A stretch of DNA of 63,780 bases, counting the filler, from Phoronis australis (Eukaryota; Animalia; Phoronida): NCBI GenBank assembly GCA_002633005.1. It is 5 parts of 5 records of this genome, joined end to end, with 100 filler letters (N's around TTAATTAATTAA, not from the genome) between each part and the next. Parts side by side here need not be neighbours in the genome. Positions count along the whole stretch, not along the records: positions 38,145 to 57,980 come from NMRA01000331.1; positions 58,081 to 61,792 come from NMRA01002878.1; positions 61,893 to 63,780 come from NMRA01001220.1; 2 more parts are not named here. One strand, given 5' to 3'. Positions 50,662 through 63,504 of this stretch are shown one piece after another. Numbering within the stretch: position 1 is the first letter of the stretch; each line of letters starts with the position of its first letter. The notes below the pieces were generated by a model. It had not been told where the DNA came from and did no database searches. It saw only the letters and a list, made by a program, of their open reading frames with translations. A program made the translations under genes and the position numbers.

Positions 50662-50978
50662 ATGAGTAGAAAAAGGTCGGAAAACTTTTCTCCTGAGGAA
50701 AAGGTTTCCTCAGAGAACTGATTATTGAAAAAATTGATGTCCTTGAGAACAAGAAAAGTTATGCCAAAACAAGTCAACGGAAGCATTAGGTTTGGAGGGA
50801 CATTGGGTCCAGACTGGCTGCACAATTCCCGCAATCAGAAAAATGCAATGATAAACAGTTAAAGGACTTTTGGAAACACTACAAAATGAAGGCCAAAAAG
50901 GAATTTTCAACACTGAAAAAAGCTACAAAGGAAACCAGTGGAGGACCAAATGATGTAGAACTCAGTCAAGAAAATCAG
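50662..50978 (+). pseudogene. Myb/SANT-like DNA-binding ORF remnant (Harbinger accessory gene type)
   Basis: MSRKRSENFSPEEK/FLRELIIEKIDVLENKK....RKH*VWRDI...QLKDFWKHYKMKAKKE...KETSGGP, with one frameshift and one stop; CAG|GT donor at the end. Confidence 0.72.
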
Positions 50979-51875
50979 GTAGTGTTAAGCTAAGCGTACA
51001 TTGACAAGGCAACTGGCAGATTCCGCACATGTCAGTTTCTAACCACGCGTACACACGAAATTTAGCGATTGTGAGAAACTAGGCAGTCCCAGTTACCCCT
51101 AGTCACGTTTGCCCATTAATCGAAAGCAACTGGCAGTGACTGAGTTGTAACCATTGAAGCGTATGCTAGGAGTCACTTGTATTTGCCACAGTGACTGTAA
51201 CTTAGATATTTGGGTAGCTAAATACTTTCCATCAATATTCCTTTTTATGCAATTGACCAGTTTTCTTTTAATACAATCCTTATGATCAAATTTTGAGTAA
51301 ATATCCAAATATCAACGACAGCATCGCCTGCAGATTCGGTCCAAGCCGTAGACATCAAATTATGATGATATCTATGGTCCAAGCATTCACCATTTTGTTT
51401 TAGTGTAAAGTTAGGTCAAGTGACCATCACATGGTCCTTAAAAGGTCACTACTAGTTGCAGCGNNNNNNNNNNNNNNNNNNNNNNNNNNNNNNNNNNNNN
51501 NNNNNNNNNNNNNNNNNNNNNNNNNNNNNNNNNNNNNNNNNNNNNNNNNNNNNNNNNNNNNNNNNNNNNNNNNNNNNNNNNNNNNNNNNNNNNNNNNNNN
51601 NNNNNNNNNNNNNNNNNNNNNNNNNNNNNNNNNNNNNNNNNNNNNNNNNNNNNNNNNNNNNNNNNNNNNNNNNNNNNNNNNNNNNNNNNNNNNNNNNNNN
51701 NNNNNNNNNNNNNNNNNNNNNNNNNNNNNNNNNNNNNNNNNNNNNNNNNNNNNNNNNNNNNNNNNNNNNNNNNNNNNNNNNNNNNNNNNNNNNNNNNNNN
51801 NNNNNNNNNNNNNNNNNNNNNNNNNNNNNNNNNNNNNNNNNNNNNNNNNNNNNNNNNNNNNNNNNNNNNNNNNNN

Positions 51876-52580
51876 GTCTATTGAGGCTAGGATTCTCGAT
51901 TCTCTCGTAGATAGCTTCTTTGACCCCTCTCCGAAACCAATTCTCTTCTCTATCCAGGCGTAACATTGCTTTTTGTGCCAGGGATCGCTGATCAGATCAA
52001 ATCACATATGAGGGGACATGACATTGCTGTTGTATTCAAACCTGTTAACACCATAAGGAGTCAACTGTTAAATGTGAAAGACAAAACCAGCAAAGAGAAA
52101 ACACCAAATGTGGTGTATGGCATTTCATGCTCGGAACTGGGGTGTGGAGCAGCATACATTGGGGAAACCAAGCAAGCCCTGAAAAGTCATTTCAACCAGC
52201 ATCGGAGGTCCAGTTATGGGGACTGCTATGATTCTGCAGTTTTTACTCACATGGCTTCCACAGACCACTCTTTCGCCATGGAAGATGTGAAGATCCTGGA
52301 TAGAGAAGAGAATTGGTTTTGGAGAGGGGTCAAAGAAGCTATCTACGAGAGAATCGAGAATCCTAGCCTCAATAGACAGGGGGGGCTGCGGTTTCACTTA
52401 CCTAGGACATGGGATAGGGCGCTGAAGAGAATCACGCGGAAACTGCACGACGGATCACATGACAAGTCACGTGACAACTCAGTGGCCTGATGAAGTCCTC
52501 GAGAGGAGGACGCAACGTAGCCATCTCTACATGCGTAAGTCCAGTAGTAGATTTATTTATTGTTTCTTCTACATGAAAGT
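51876..52580 (+). mobile_element. 5'-truncated Penelope-like element: intact GIY-YIG C-terminus preceded by an inverted pLTR copy
   Basis: ORF 51966-52490 with VVYGISC...YIGET...ILDREENWFWRGVKEAIY...LNR; 51876-51958 is the reverse complement of 52295-52377. Confidence 0.9.
52483..52523 (+). ncRNA. Minimal hammerhead ribozyme of the PLE, with a core mutation
   Basis: TGGC-CTGATGA-A-GTCCTC-GAGAG-GAGGAC-GCAAC-GTA-GCCA; the conserved GAAA reads GCAA. Confidence 0.7.
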
Positions 52581-52959
52581 TCCGTTCATGACTAGCATTT
52601 TTGCAGATACTTGCACAAATATTTTCTGTAACATGGGAAATTTATTTCATCAGAACAAAAATTGCACGCGTGAATATTTAAGGCAGTTTTCCCAGACAAA
52701 TCTGAATTACTGGACTTGTATGTGTTTCGTAATTAATAAAATAAACGATTACAAACAAATTTTTCTTAATTTAATAACGGTTAATATAGCATGCTTGTTT
52801 TGCATGACGACAGGACAAATATACTTGACAACTGAGATTTCATTGTAGAAATTAAATATTTAAATTGAATAATTATAAACCATCATGGAATAATTTTTTT
52901 TGTTTTGATAGGAACAACGGATGTTGAAGTATCGGTTCCCGTCAAAAAAAAATAATTCC

Positions 52960-54890
52960 AAACAGTATCAAACTCAACTCAGTGGTAAGAGGAAACCGGG
53001 CCAATAACATCCTCTTGGCAGCAGAACTAAAACTATTACAAGTCCGTATACAACAGTGTCAATATACTATCGGCCAACTGGAAAGGGACAGAGATTATTC
53101 GAACTGGTTCTTCTCCAGCATTAGTAATGAGAACTTGAAACAGGAAGTGACGTCATTTCTAGGTCATGTTTACGAACGGAACATTTACTCACGAGACAAC
53201 AACAACGCACGAAGTTTGAGTCCCTCCTCAACTCAATCAGACTCAATCAGATCTGATCATCAACTCACGGACGCTCAAAAATCTGTTCTTCAAGGACTAA
53301 ACTTTGCGGTTACTCCGACGAAGATCCCTGTTGTGGACATTGTCTGCAACACTGAAATGTCATTCGTGGACTACCTCCGGAAAAAGCAGACCAAATACGG
53401 AGTGAAGTCACCAGAGTCATCTGAAACGCTAAACCCCCTAATCCCAACATAAGCCGGGAAGAGAAATCAGCCATCGAAGAGCTCAAAAAACTCAACAATA
53501 TCAAGATTCTCCCTGCGGACAAGGGCAAGGCTACTGTCATCTGAAACGCTAGTGAGTACAAGGACAAAATTGATGAACTGTTATCAGATACTAACACTAA
53601 TTCTCCCTTAAATAAGTACTCTACCAACAAATATTTCCAGCAGTTAGTCAACAGTCTCAGGGATTGGAAGAAAAACAAATCTATAAGTGATAAACTGTAT
53701 TGGCAATTGTACCCTGATTCGGAGGAACCACCTAAGCTATATGGCACCCCCAAGAAACACAAAGACAATGTACCTCTGATACCTATCGTCTCCTACTGTA
53801 GGTAGTATGCTGCGAAGTACTTGGCTGGTGTCCTTAAACCTCTCCACGGTAACACCATACATAGTGTAGTTCCAACTTTGTCGACAGCGTCAAGAACCTG
53901 GTAGTTTCTGTAGGACACAAGTTAGTGTCATATGATGTCAGTGCTCTTTTCACTAGATAGTGTCCCTGTAGACAAGGCCCTCGCTATCGTATGCAAGAGA
54001 TTGTCTGATGACCCCACTCTTAGGATTCGCACAAGAACTGTCCGTTGAGCAAATTCACCAGCTATTGGGATTTTGCCTTAATACTACATATTTCTTATAC
54101 AACAACAGTTTCTACCAGCAATGCCATGGAGCTGCTATGGGATCCCCTGTGTCTCCCATCATAGCCGACATAAACATGGAAGAGTTTGAACAAACTGTGC
54201 TGGCATCAGCACCCAGACCCCACCCATCTGGCTCAGATACGTGGACGACACTTAGTCATGCTCCCAGAAAATGACATCTCCACTTTCACTGATCACATCA
54301 ACAGTATTGACAACTGTATTCAGTTCACCATGGAGACAGAAATCAACAGAACCTTACCGTTCTTGGATCTCTGCATACACGTGGTCGATAATGGCTCCAT
54401 CAAAATCAAGATCTACAGGAAACCGACATACAAGGACCAATACCTCCATTTTTTTTCCAACGACCCCTTAAAGCACAAACATTGTGTCGCTTGTACCCTC
54501 CTGGACAGAGTGGATCGTTACATCACTGACTACAGTTACTATGTCGAAGAGATAGAACACGGTGAAGATGCTTTGCGAGCTAATGGATACCAGGAATGGA
54601 TGTTTACTGACCCACCTAGTCGTAAATCTACTGGAAAACTCGATGGCCCCTCCGTTGCCATCCCTTACATTAGAGGAACATATGAACGCTTAAAACACAC
54701 CTACAGAAGCTGCGGTATTTCCTCTTACATGAAACCCATCAACACCCTCCATTCCCTACTGGTCAGACCCAAAGACCCAACCCCCATGGCCAAACAATGT
54801 GGGGTCATATACCAGCTGAAATGTGACCAGGATCCCAACCACACCTACATTGGAGAAACCAAGATACCATCCCTTAAGTTCAACCACATC
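52960..54890 (+). mobile_element. Decayed Penelope-like retroelement (RT plus start of GIY-YIG)
   Basis: Motifs GLNFAVTP, ILPADKG, PKLYGTPKKHK, LVSYDVSALFT, GAAMGSPVSP, RYVDD, LPFLD, IYRKPT and GVIYQLKC..YIGET across several frameshifts and stops. Confidence 0.93.
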
Positions 54891-54894
54891 TCTA

Positions 54895-55395
54895 AGTAAG
54901 TGGCCATTTTATACACTACGATATCCTTGTTATTGCGTAATGATCTAATGGCCCGACATTCTAGTGGTGTTATGTTCTGTAGTGTGTGTTGCTGTTTGGA
55001 CCGGATCTGTGACGTCACTCGGTTACGTACGCAGTTGATGTATAAGTCCAGTTTAGAGTTTCTTCCCTCCGAGGGGTGTCCACACACTATTATTTTGCGT
55101 TTGTTCGAGTATGGTTGTTGTACTGTCATAAAGTCAGAGAGTGGGCCTTGTCATATGTAAGCCTACCCCACTGGTAGTTGCTATGTCCTGTTGTGTTCAT
55201 ATTGTTCACGTTCATTGTATGTCACTACGTGGTACCCTGTGCCATTTTATTTTAGATCTTTCCACATGTATTCAGCAGTTTGTAGCACACCCTTGAGAAA
55301 GAGCGCATCGCTCGATACGTGGGGATATTTTAATACCGATGCTAGTCATTTTAGTTTTACTGTTTTACTATTTCATATTTTTATTCGTTGGTAAC
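54895..55395 (-). mobile_element. N-terminal fragment of a second PLE family (Neptune-like) with an opposite-strand degenerate hammerhead
   Basis: Minus strand: SVWTP/GRNSKLDLYINCVR...NITPLECRAIRSLRNNKDIVV. Plus strand 55290-55324: CCC-TTGAGAAA-GAGCG-CAT-CGCTC-GATAC-GT-GGG. Confidence 0.6.
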
Positions 55396-55479
55396 TGCAT
55401 GGCATTGCAACATCTATTTATTTACAAGTAATTTACACACTTCTTTGTTGTTACGCAAAATGGTTTTGAATGGCCATAG

Positions 55480-56800
55480 TAAGATTAAAAACTGGATGAT
55501 CGCCGCACAAATAAAAAAGTTTCATGTTCAATCAACGTTTCATCTATTCATAAGACATCATCAGGATAATTATATACAGAAGACAGCAAGTGCCAACATA
55601 CAGCTCAGGTAACATCCATAAAGTGAGGTAAGAGATAAAGGGAATAGTAAGTAGCTGGTCATCACCATAGTTGCAGGGACACTGAGCTCTGCATGTTATT
55701 CAGAGAATCAGTAGCATGCTGGTCCTGACTGGCCAATGACTCTTTAATGTACAGTAATTTCTTTATAGGGTATCTGCAGACAATACTAACTGAATTGGCT
55801 TGGTGATTGTTGCTAACACAATGCCTATATATGTTGCTTTTCTCTGAGGTGTGAAAGTTACAGTTGTCACATTCAAGCTTATAAACAACATTGCTAATTG
55901 TTTAATAAAGGAATGGTTGACTTCAGTTTACACAGCATATTGGAAAGTTTAGGAAGAGGTCTGAAAACAACTATCAGTCCAACAGCTGGGTCTATGCAAT
56001 GAATAAGGCGAGATAATTGACGTTTCAATTTTATACTACTTGGCCCGCTGTAACCAAGAGAAAAGAAAAAAAAATTTTCTCGGGTCCAATAACAGCTACT
56101 TGATCCGCCTTCATTCATTTCTAAAGGAAGTGCCTTTTACAGCTACTCAAAAAATTTAGAGGGTAACGATTGGCACGCAATAACTTGAAAATCCTAGCTA
56201 TGTCACTATCAGAATTTAAATTGGTGGAACAAATTCTCCAGGCACAGAGTAACAATATTAAAAACCGGACGATCGCCGAAGGAATGAAGAAGTTCAAGAT
56301 AAATCAACGTTTGGTCTATTTGTTAGACATCATCAAAATATTTACATAGGACAACAAGTGCCAACATACATCTCAGGTGACATCCATGAAGAGAAGTGAC
56401 AGATACAGAGTAGTCAGTAGCTGGTCATCACCAGACTTGCAGGGTCACTGAACTCTGCATGTTGTTCAGAGAATCAGTACAATGCTGGTTCTGAATGGCC
56501 AGTGACTCTTTAAGATGTCTAACAAATAGACATAACGTTGATTTATCATAAACTTCTTCATTTGTGCGGAGATTGTCCGGTTTTTAATCTTACTGTGGCC
56601 AAGAACTAACTTAATTAACAGAGTAACAAGCAATTGACACTAGACCTCTCTCGTATTGGATCGGCACAAAACTATCACATTTAAGATAAAGCCCAGAACA
56701 ATATATATCCGTCCACCAACGTGTTTACCTTTTCTAGATGTTTTGGTTAAACGTGAGAATAGCACCATTGCTACATCTGTGTATCGGAAGCCCAATTTTA
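55480..56800 (-). mobile_element. PLE remnant with tandem and inverted pLTRs
   Basis: Minus strand: LGYSGPSS...VVFRP..KLKSTIP/SNVVYKLECDNC..IKESL. Direct repeat ~55580-55748 / ~56348-56513; inverted repeat ~56256-56331 / 56514-56590; plus-strand LPFLDVLVKR..SVYRKP at ~56720-56795. Confidence 0.75.
55531..55567 (-). ncRNA. Minimal hammerhead ribozyme in a pLTR
   Basis: Reverse complement ATC-CTGATGA-T-GTCT..AGAT-GAAAC-GTT-GAT; both core boxes intact, weak stems. Confidence 0.55.
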
Positions 56801-57449
56801 ATGTGACAATTTGGGAACATTTACGTGTGCAAATTGACACAAAACTTATTTCTAATTCTATTGGACAGGTGATGATTAGAGCAAAATATAAGCAACTATT
56901 AACAACAGCACTGCCCTTTAATCGTTGATGATAACAGTGGCTCACGGCAATAAGTTCCATGGGACGGAAGTTAACCATTCATACTGCACTGCAGCATCGA
57001 CACTCCACTGTTAAATCCACCTGTTTACTGCAAAGTTAAGTGGTGCCGTTCATACTGAATGCAACTCCCCAAAACTTTGAGGCATGATTATAGACTGGCA
57101 GCCCAGAGCAATTAGTATAGATGAACGAGGTACCAAAATCTGACCATAGGAGCACCCATAGGAGTCAACCTCAGTATATATGGAACTAGACATCTGCCGT
57201 TGTCTGCACCTTTGGTGCGACCCATGAGGACTTTACAAGGGTGTCAAAAAATGAGCTAGCCTAGATACTCGAGGTACCGGCCAAAACTGACTTAAAATGA
57301 ACAATAGTACCACACTGAACACTGACTGACTCATGATAAACAAATTGCACTCTGGAATGGGTCTGGCAGAAACCAGCCGGTCTATTAGTATGAAAGGGCC
57401 TTTAAACACCTGCTACAATACACAAACTTTAGGCAAATACTAATTGAAC

Positions 57450-57980
57450 ACAAGAGCAACGCAGAGCGTTGAAATGCACCCACAATAGCACCGTATACGG
57501 TATCCTTCTAGGGTTGTTTATTGGTACCATAAAGTGGCCAGTAGAGGGCACATATGTAGTATGTTGTACTTTGCAAAATGGGAAAGCATGGTCATTGTCT
57601 CCTCAATAGGCTAAGGGGCACAATGTGAGTGATCTTCATAATACAAGCACATCCTATACATCAGTTGCACCACAGAAACATAGAATTAAAAACAAATTTA
57701 CCAACATACGAGATTAGCACAGCATTAGAATGCCAGAAACAAATTTCTACTTGGAACTTTTCCTTCATAGTCACGAATTAACACAAAGTATACACCTGAA
57801 GACCTATGAAAATACAGAGGTCAATGTAAAATACTTAAATTGCCACTAGAGGCATACCGGTAGTCAGAATCATCCTAAAGTCGTCATCGTCCGTTGTCAA
57901 CATCACATAAATACACTCGCTAAATTTAGTAAACATCCTGCAAACGGTTTGGGAGATACAGCCATGGGCGCAAAAAAAAA
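57450..57980 (-). mobile_element. HINE-like element, same family as 1084-1545
   Basis: Reverse-complement match over ~455 bp including the CAACGC/GCGTTG terminal hairpin. Confidence 0.8.
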
Positions 57981-58080
57981 NNNNNNNNNNNNNNNNNNNN
58001 NNNNNNNNNNNNNNNNNNNNNNNNTTAATTAATTAANNNNNNNNNNNNNNNNNNNNNNNNNNNNNNNNNNNNNNNNNNNN
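57981..58080. other. Artificial scaffold spacer N44-TTAATTAATTAA-N44
   Basis: Identical 100-bp structure. Confidence 0.95.
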
Positions 58081-58885
58081 ATACCCAAGAATAACAGTTT
58101 TCCGGTTAGTGTACTTCTCCTGCAGTAAAATAGTTTAGCATGCATTGAGCCATAAACTATGTTTTAAAAACAATTGATATCTAATTTAGTCACTGTGTGT
58201 TGTTCATTGATGTTTCATTGTAGCTTAAATGTACATGTATATTAAATGAATGATCCACGTGATATTGCTAAATCTAATCATCGTTTGCAAATCAAGGAGT
58301 ATATCAATGCGCACATATCTTAATTGATTACTACATCTCCCGGAAGACTGTGAAATCTTCGAAACAGCAAAGTTTGTTCCGAAATTTAGTTTGCTGACAT
58401 CATAGACAATAGTACATGGACCGCCAACTCCGGGACGATTGATTTTAACCATAAGTCGTAACGTCAGTATTCACTAGCGACACGGGCAAAATTAGAAAGT
58501 TTTACTTCGGGCAGGTACGTTGTCTGCTTACAATGGTCGGCTGTCGTGTTGTCGCATGTCAGAAGTACACACGATACCAACAGTTATATTATTGGAAGAT
58601 TTTTAACAGCACTTCAGTGCCGATTTTTTATTCGTAGTACTGGACATTAAAAGAAATGAGAGAATTTGGCATGGCAATGCATTAACCGTAAACTGAAATT
58701 GGTAATTTAGGAGAGTGGCGCCTCCACTAGCATACTGTGCCAGAAAATGATGGAGTTGCAAATCTTTTGACAAAAAATTCTGGCGCTTTAACGGATTTCA
58801 TGTTATTTGAAGTCGAAAGTGACCTGTGGTCACGCCATTTCGCAACAATCAGTAATGCCGACAAACGTCAAAAAAGAGATGACGA

Positions 58886-59180
58886 GAAAAGACGACGACA
58901 GAGATGATGACGAAGATGACAGCTATGACGACGATAGTGGCGATGATGGACAATGCAAGTTATGATATCATTCCTATGACGAACGTAGAGGTTAGAAATC
59001 GCTAAGAAATAGACTACAGTCTTGAGCGACACTTGGCGAAATTAACTGAAGAAAAGACGACGTCGGAGATGATGACAAAGATGACCAATTTGATGATGGT
59101 GGTGGCGACTATGAACATTATCATAACATTCATATGACGAACTTAGATGTCATAAATTAATAAGAAATAGGCTACAGTCT
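58886..59180. repeat. Degenerate tandem duplication, ~165-bp period, GAT/GAC-rich
   Basis: GAAAAGACGACG..GAGATGATGAC...AAGAAATAG.CTACAGTCT occurs twice. Confidence 0.7.
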
Positions 59181-61049
59181 ATTTCAATAGAAGCTAAACC
59201 AACATCAATGCAGCAACAGCGCTCAACAAAGGAACAGCGTTATCAGAAAATCTCAAATAACTCAAAAAGTAGACGTCTGCTGAAATCCCGTTCAAAACTC
59301 TATCTAAACTGATGATATCGAAAACGGGTCAACATGCACCAAGTCCGCCATCTTGAAAGCAACTTTCGGTTTGAAGGCTCTGTAGAATAGCATGTCATAA
59401 GAAACTAACCCTTGCGAAAATTCGAAAGAATTGGCCGTATAATGCGCCCTCTACAGGAATAACGTTTTTAGGCCAAAATCGAGGTGCGCATGCGCGATCG
59501 CCGATATTTTCGCCATCTCTGAACGCAAGTACATGTAAACAATTTCCGGTATACTGTAACACATTTCCGGTCCATTTACTGTGCCGATTCTTAGCCTTTT
59601 CCAGGCCACGACAGTACTCTAATTTATTTCTAAAATGTGCTCGAATTCATGGAATTAAGATACATGTACTTACTAGACAAACAACAGTAGTTTTGGCACG
59701 ACTCTTTTTTCAAGTTTCGAAATTCAAACCTCATTGCTTTTGTAAATCTCAATTATTCTTATTCGCGCGCATAAAACAACAAAAAACCGCCTACAAATTA
59801 TTTTCATAAAATAATCCTCCAAAAGTCGTGGTTGCCCCCTCCCCTCATGTGACATTTCAAATTTTGCAGTGTTGTATGAACAATATCATTCACTTTTAGT
59901 TTTGTCTGTGGTTTGTTAAAACAAAGATGCTTACTGCAAGTTAGTTCTGGAGTGTGTCTGAAGAAACGTTATTTTTGTGGAATGTCCAAGTGGTTTTGAC
60001 GCAGGGCGTTGGAAGTGGAGAACATTTTCAGGGTGAAAGATTCAATTACAATTACTGGGAAAGGCAAAACCACTGGTGAATAGATTTCCGTGGACGTTGC
60101 ATAGCCGCCAGTGTCTCAGTAACTTCAATTTGGGGTAGTATGGCTGACTAGTGTTATGATTTTGCTGTCGTTATGCAGTTTGTTGTGACTAACACAGTCA
60201 AGTGAAATGCCTGCTATTGGAAGCATTACCAGACTTTCATTCACTATACAGGAAAACAAGTGAGGACTGCAAAGGCTGCGTTAAGTATAAAATCCCTCAG
60301 TACACGACAAGGTTTTTATTGTAGCTCATCAGCAGACCCACAATCCACAGAATGTACACTTTGAAACAGTCGCGAGCTCAAGATATAACTTCATACATAT
60401 TGGGCTCTAATTGCTAATTCCTTCTGTCGCTTAAATAACAAGACTATGAACTTTTCTTTTGCCAAATCACAACATAGATATCTAACTGTTGTTATGGATA
60501 ATGGATTGGCTCAAATATGACGCTCCTACTGTATGTTAACTGTTCAAAATACAGGTGATTTCGCTTACATGTACCTCCTCATCCCGTACTGTACACATAA
60601 TTCCTCAATCTGTATACATTGTTTGACCACTTCAAAGTAAAATATAATATTTAATTCAACTACAATCTGGTTTAACACTCATCACCTGGTTGTTTTATAC
60701 AATGTAGCATGGACAAAACGACAAATCTAAATTTATTAACTGATCTAAATGCAAGTGAAATGGCTCAAGTATGATAATTCTGATGTTTACCATTCAAAAT
60801 ATAGCTGAGCTCGTCAGCTTCCTAAACTCATCATCACATACCTTACACGTCACCATTCTGCAAAAACAATGTTTGAACCAAGTAAAGTGAAAAAAGATAT
60901 TTAATGCGACTGTAATCTGGTTTACGCAGTCAACCCATTTAAGAGTTGTTCTCGTCTTTTAAGGGCAGAATACACATATTTAGCAACAGATATCTGCATT
61001 AGCTAGAAGGCGTACAGGATACTCGAGTTGGATGCTTCCATTGAAATTC

Positions 61050-61792
61050 CTTCATAAAACGTGACCTACATGTAAGTTATCAATATCCCTTGCAAATCAA
61101 GAGGAAGTGGTTTTCATCCTATAAAAGGTCATCATTGCAAATCAAACATAATCTATTATAATTTTCCACTTTCTCATGTCTACACACTTCCACTTGTAGT
61201 CTATGGTTGGAGCAACGTAAGTGAACGCTTGAATAAAACTATTATGTAGCGGAAACTTAAGATGTGGTTCAATGCAGTACAGAGTCTTAAAATTACTGTA
61301 GTATTTAAGTTTTGCATTATGCTCAATTTCTGATCGCAACCCTTGGCTCATAACAGTTATTAACTCTTTGCGCGAAAATACTTAAACAGGAGACTTCGTA
61401 GTGTGCGTGACACCTTGATTCAACAAAATTTCATTAAGACCGTATTTTGATACCAATTGTCTAACAGAAGATACCCAAGTATTTCTCCCACTCTGATCTC
61501 AATCACTTTAGCGTATCTAGCAGGTGGCATTTTCAATAACTTTAGCCAATATTTTACACATGTGATATAGGACTTTGCATAGAGCGCATACATTTCACAT
61601 TCAACCAATACAGTTGCGTTTGAGCAAGAGTCTCCAACTGCAAGAGCAATTTTACAGAATTTAACATACACATTTTAAGCCATTTATATCCTTTGAATCT
61701 CCCCATTTTCCGCACCGTAGTACATACATGTAGTTGGCACAGCAATATTACCAAAAAGTTTAAGCGATAGGCTCAATGGTAATTCCGTGCAT
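61050..61792 (-). mobile_element. LINE (CR1/L2-group) ORF2 C-terminal remnant
   Basis: KFCKIALAV..SCSNATVL.EC...CVKYWLKLLKM and KLKYYSNFK..YCIEP, plus a terminal DE.HFLLIC..Y..LR-like motif, with frameshifts. Confidence 0.72.
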
Positions 61793-61892
61793 NNNNNNNN
61801 NNNNNNNNNNNNNNNNNNNNNNNNNNNNNNNNNNNNTTAATTAATTAANNNNNNNNNNNNNNNNNNNNNNNNNNNNNNNNNNNNNNNNNNNN
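61793..61892. other. Artificial scaffold spacer N44-TTAATTAATTAA-N44
   Basis: Identical 100-bp structure. Confidence 0.95.
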
Positions 61893-63504
61893 ATATGCAT
61901 CTCGTTTTTTATGGCCAAAGATAGCGGCGGGATTCAGCACGCGCATAGGGCCTACGTGCGAGTCACCTGTCAATCACATGTTGGTGTCAAGGTAACATGC
62001 ACCCCAAAGTGTGGGAACTTGCGCGTGGGCACCACTACAAAGTCACACATCAAAAGAGAATATATATTAAGCGACAGTCCTAAGTAACAGAAACGGGCGT
62101 GACTATATACTTTTAACCATTGTCACATTTCTCTGGCCTGATTTTTTCGAATATATGTTTTATCAAGTGCACTGCAGACAAAAACTCAGTGCGGCAGACA
62201 AAGTCGCTGAAAGCGGAGGTTTTGACGCCGGCGGCGTTCTTAAACTTTGCAATCATGGGAAGAAAATAAAGTGACAAAAACATTCAAGTATTATATTTTG
62301 AAGTGAGTATATGACCCAAGACAATAACTTGTTACTTGTATAATTGCAATTCACATTGCTAAACCACCGTCTTGGAGGCCTGGCGTCGTTGCGCTCATTG
62401 TGATCATCAATCTTTTTCTAAAAGTCGGGGAATTGCGCGTTTGCTTAGCACTGGGCGCTAAATCTTTATTCTTTAAAAGTGGGGGATGGGCGCTTAACCG
62501 AGAGGTGGGCGCTTAACTGGAAATCTTCAAAAATCGCAGGGGGCGCTTAACCTAGCAGTGGGCGGTTAAATCGAAAATACACCTAAAGTAGGTGGTGGGC
62601 GGTTAACTGAGCATGGGCGTTAATCCGAACGTTTACGGTAAATAGTGGCAATAAGGTTAGCACCTTATATTTTATTGTCTAGTTCTATATGTAGATGGAT
62701 TAGAAGTTAAATTTTAATCTCCCTCGCATCTTTTTGCTTCTAAATTTCGAAACATGAAGTAGTACCAAGGTGTTCAAAGGTTTTTACATGTATGTTTAAA
62801 ACAAACTTTATTGCAAGCATTTCAGTGCTTCATATTACAAAGTCTGCACACAAAATAATTAATAACTACGGTAGACATTTTGTCACTTAGCTTGTGCTAA
62901 ATTCAAATCCAGTTAGAATGTCACTGGGAATCATATCATGGCCATGCGTACAGACTTAGTTAGCACTTAAAAAGTCAATGATCTTTGTTTCAGTGATAAA
63001 TGTGAGTTATTTCCTTCATTTATAGCTGTTGTTCTCTGGAACTGATTCCATAAGCATGCTACACTGATCCAACTAGTTCAAGGGGTTGAGATGAATGGAA
63101 AGTTCTGTATGACAAATTATCCTTTTTAATGAGTAAATTTTAAGATGTCACATTGCTAGCAGCTGGTTATAGCACAATATTTGGACTCACTGTTGTGGTG
63201 AGTTACATAGTTAGGGTGTAGACCTACAGTTTGCATTACGTGGTTCTAAGACAGCCGAGTTCTTACTTAGTTATTGATAAATGTTTATGGTATTACAGTA
63301 TATCATTTTTCAATGGTAGTATTGTAACGTCTCATATGCACATTCTGAAAATTACGTGTTGCTCAAACAGTCACGAACATGAAAAGATGAGTAGAAATTT
63401 GGGAACTTGCTACCTACATGTTTTGCCTAGTTAGCATGCAAAATGGTGGAAAAGTATTAAAAGATAATTCTACTTGATAATTTACCCAAGACACGCAGTT
63501 CCTA

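Noticed and set aside
58886-59180. Acidic (Asp-rich) biomineralisation or neuropeptide-precursor coding sequence
   Set aside because: All frames are interrupted by stops and there are no convincing splice sites.
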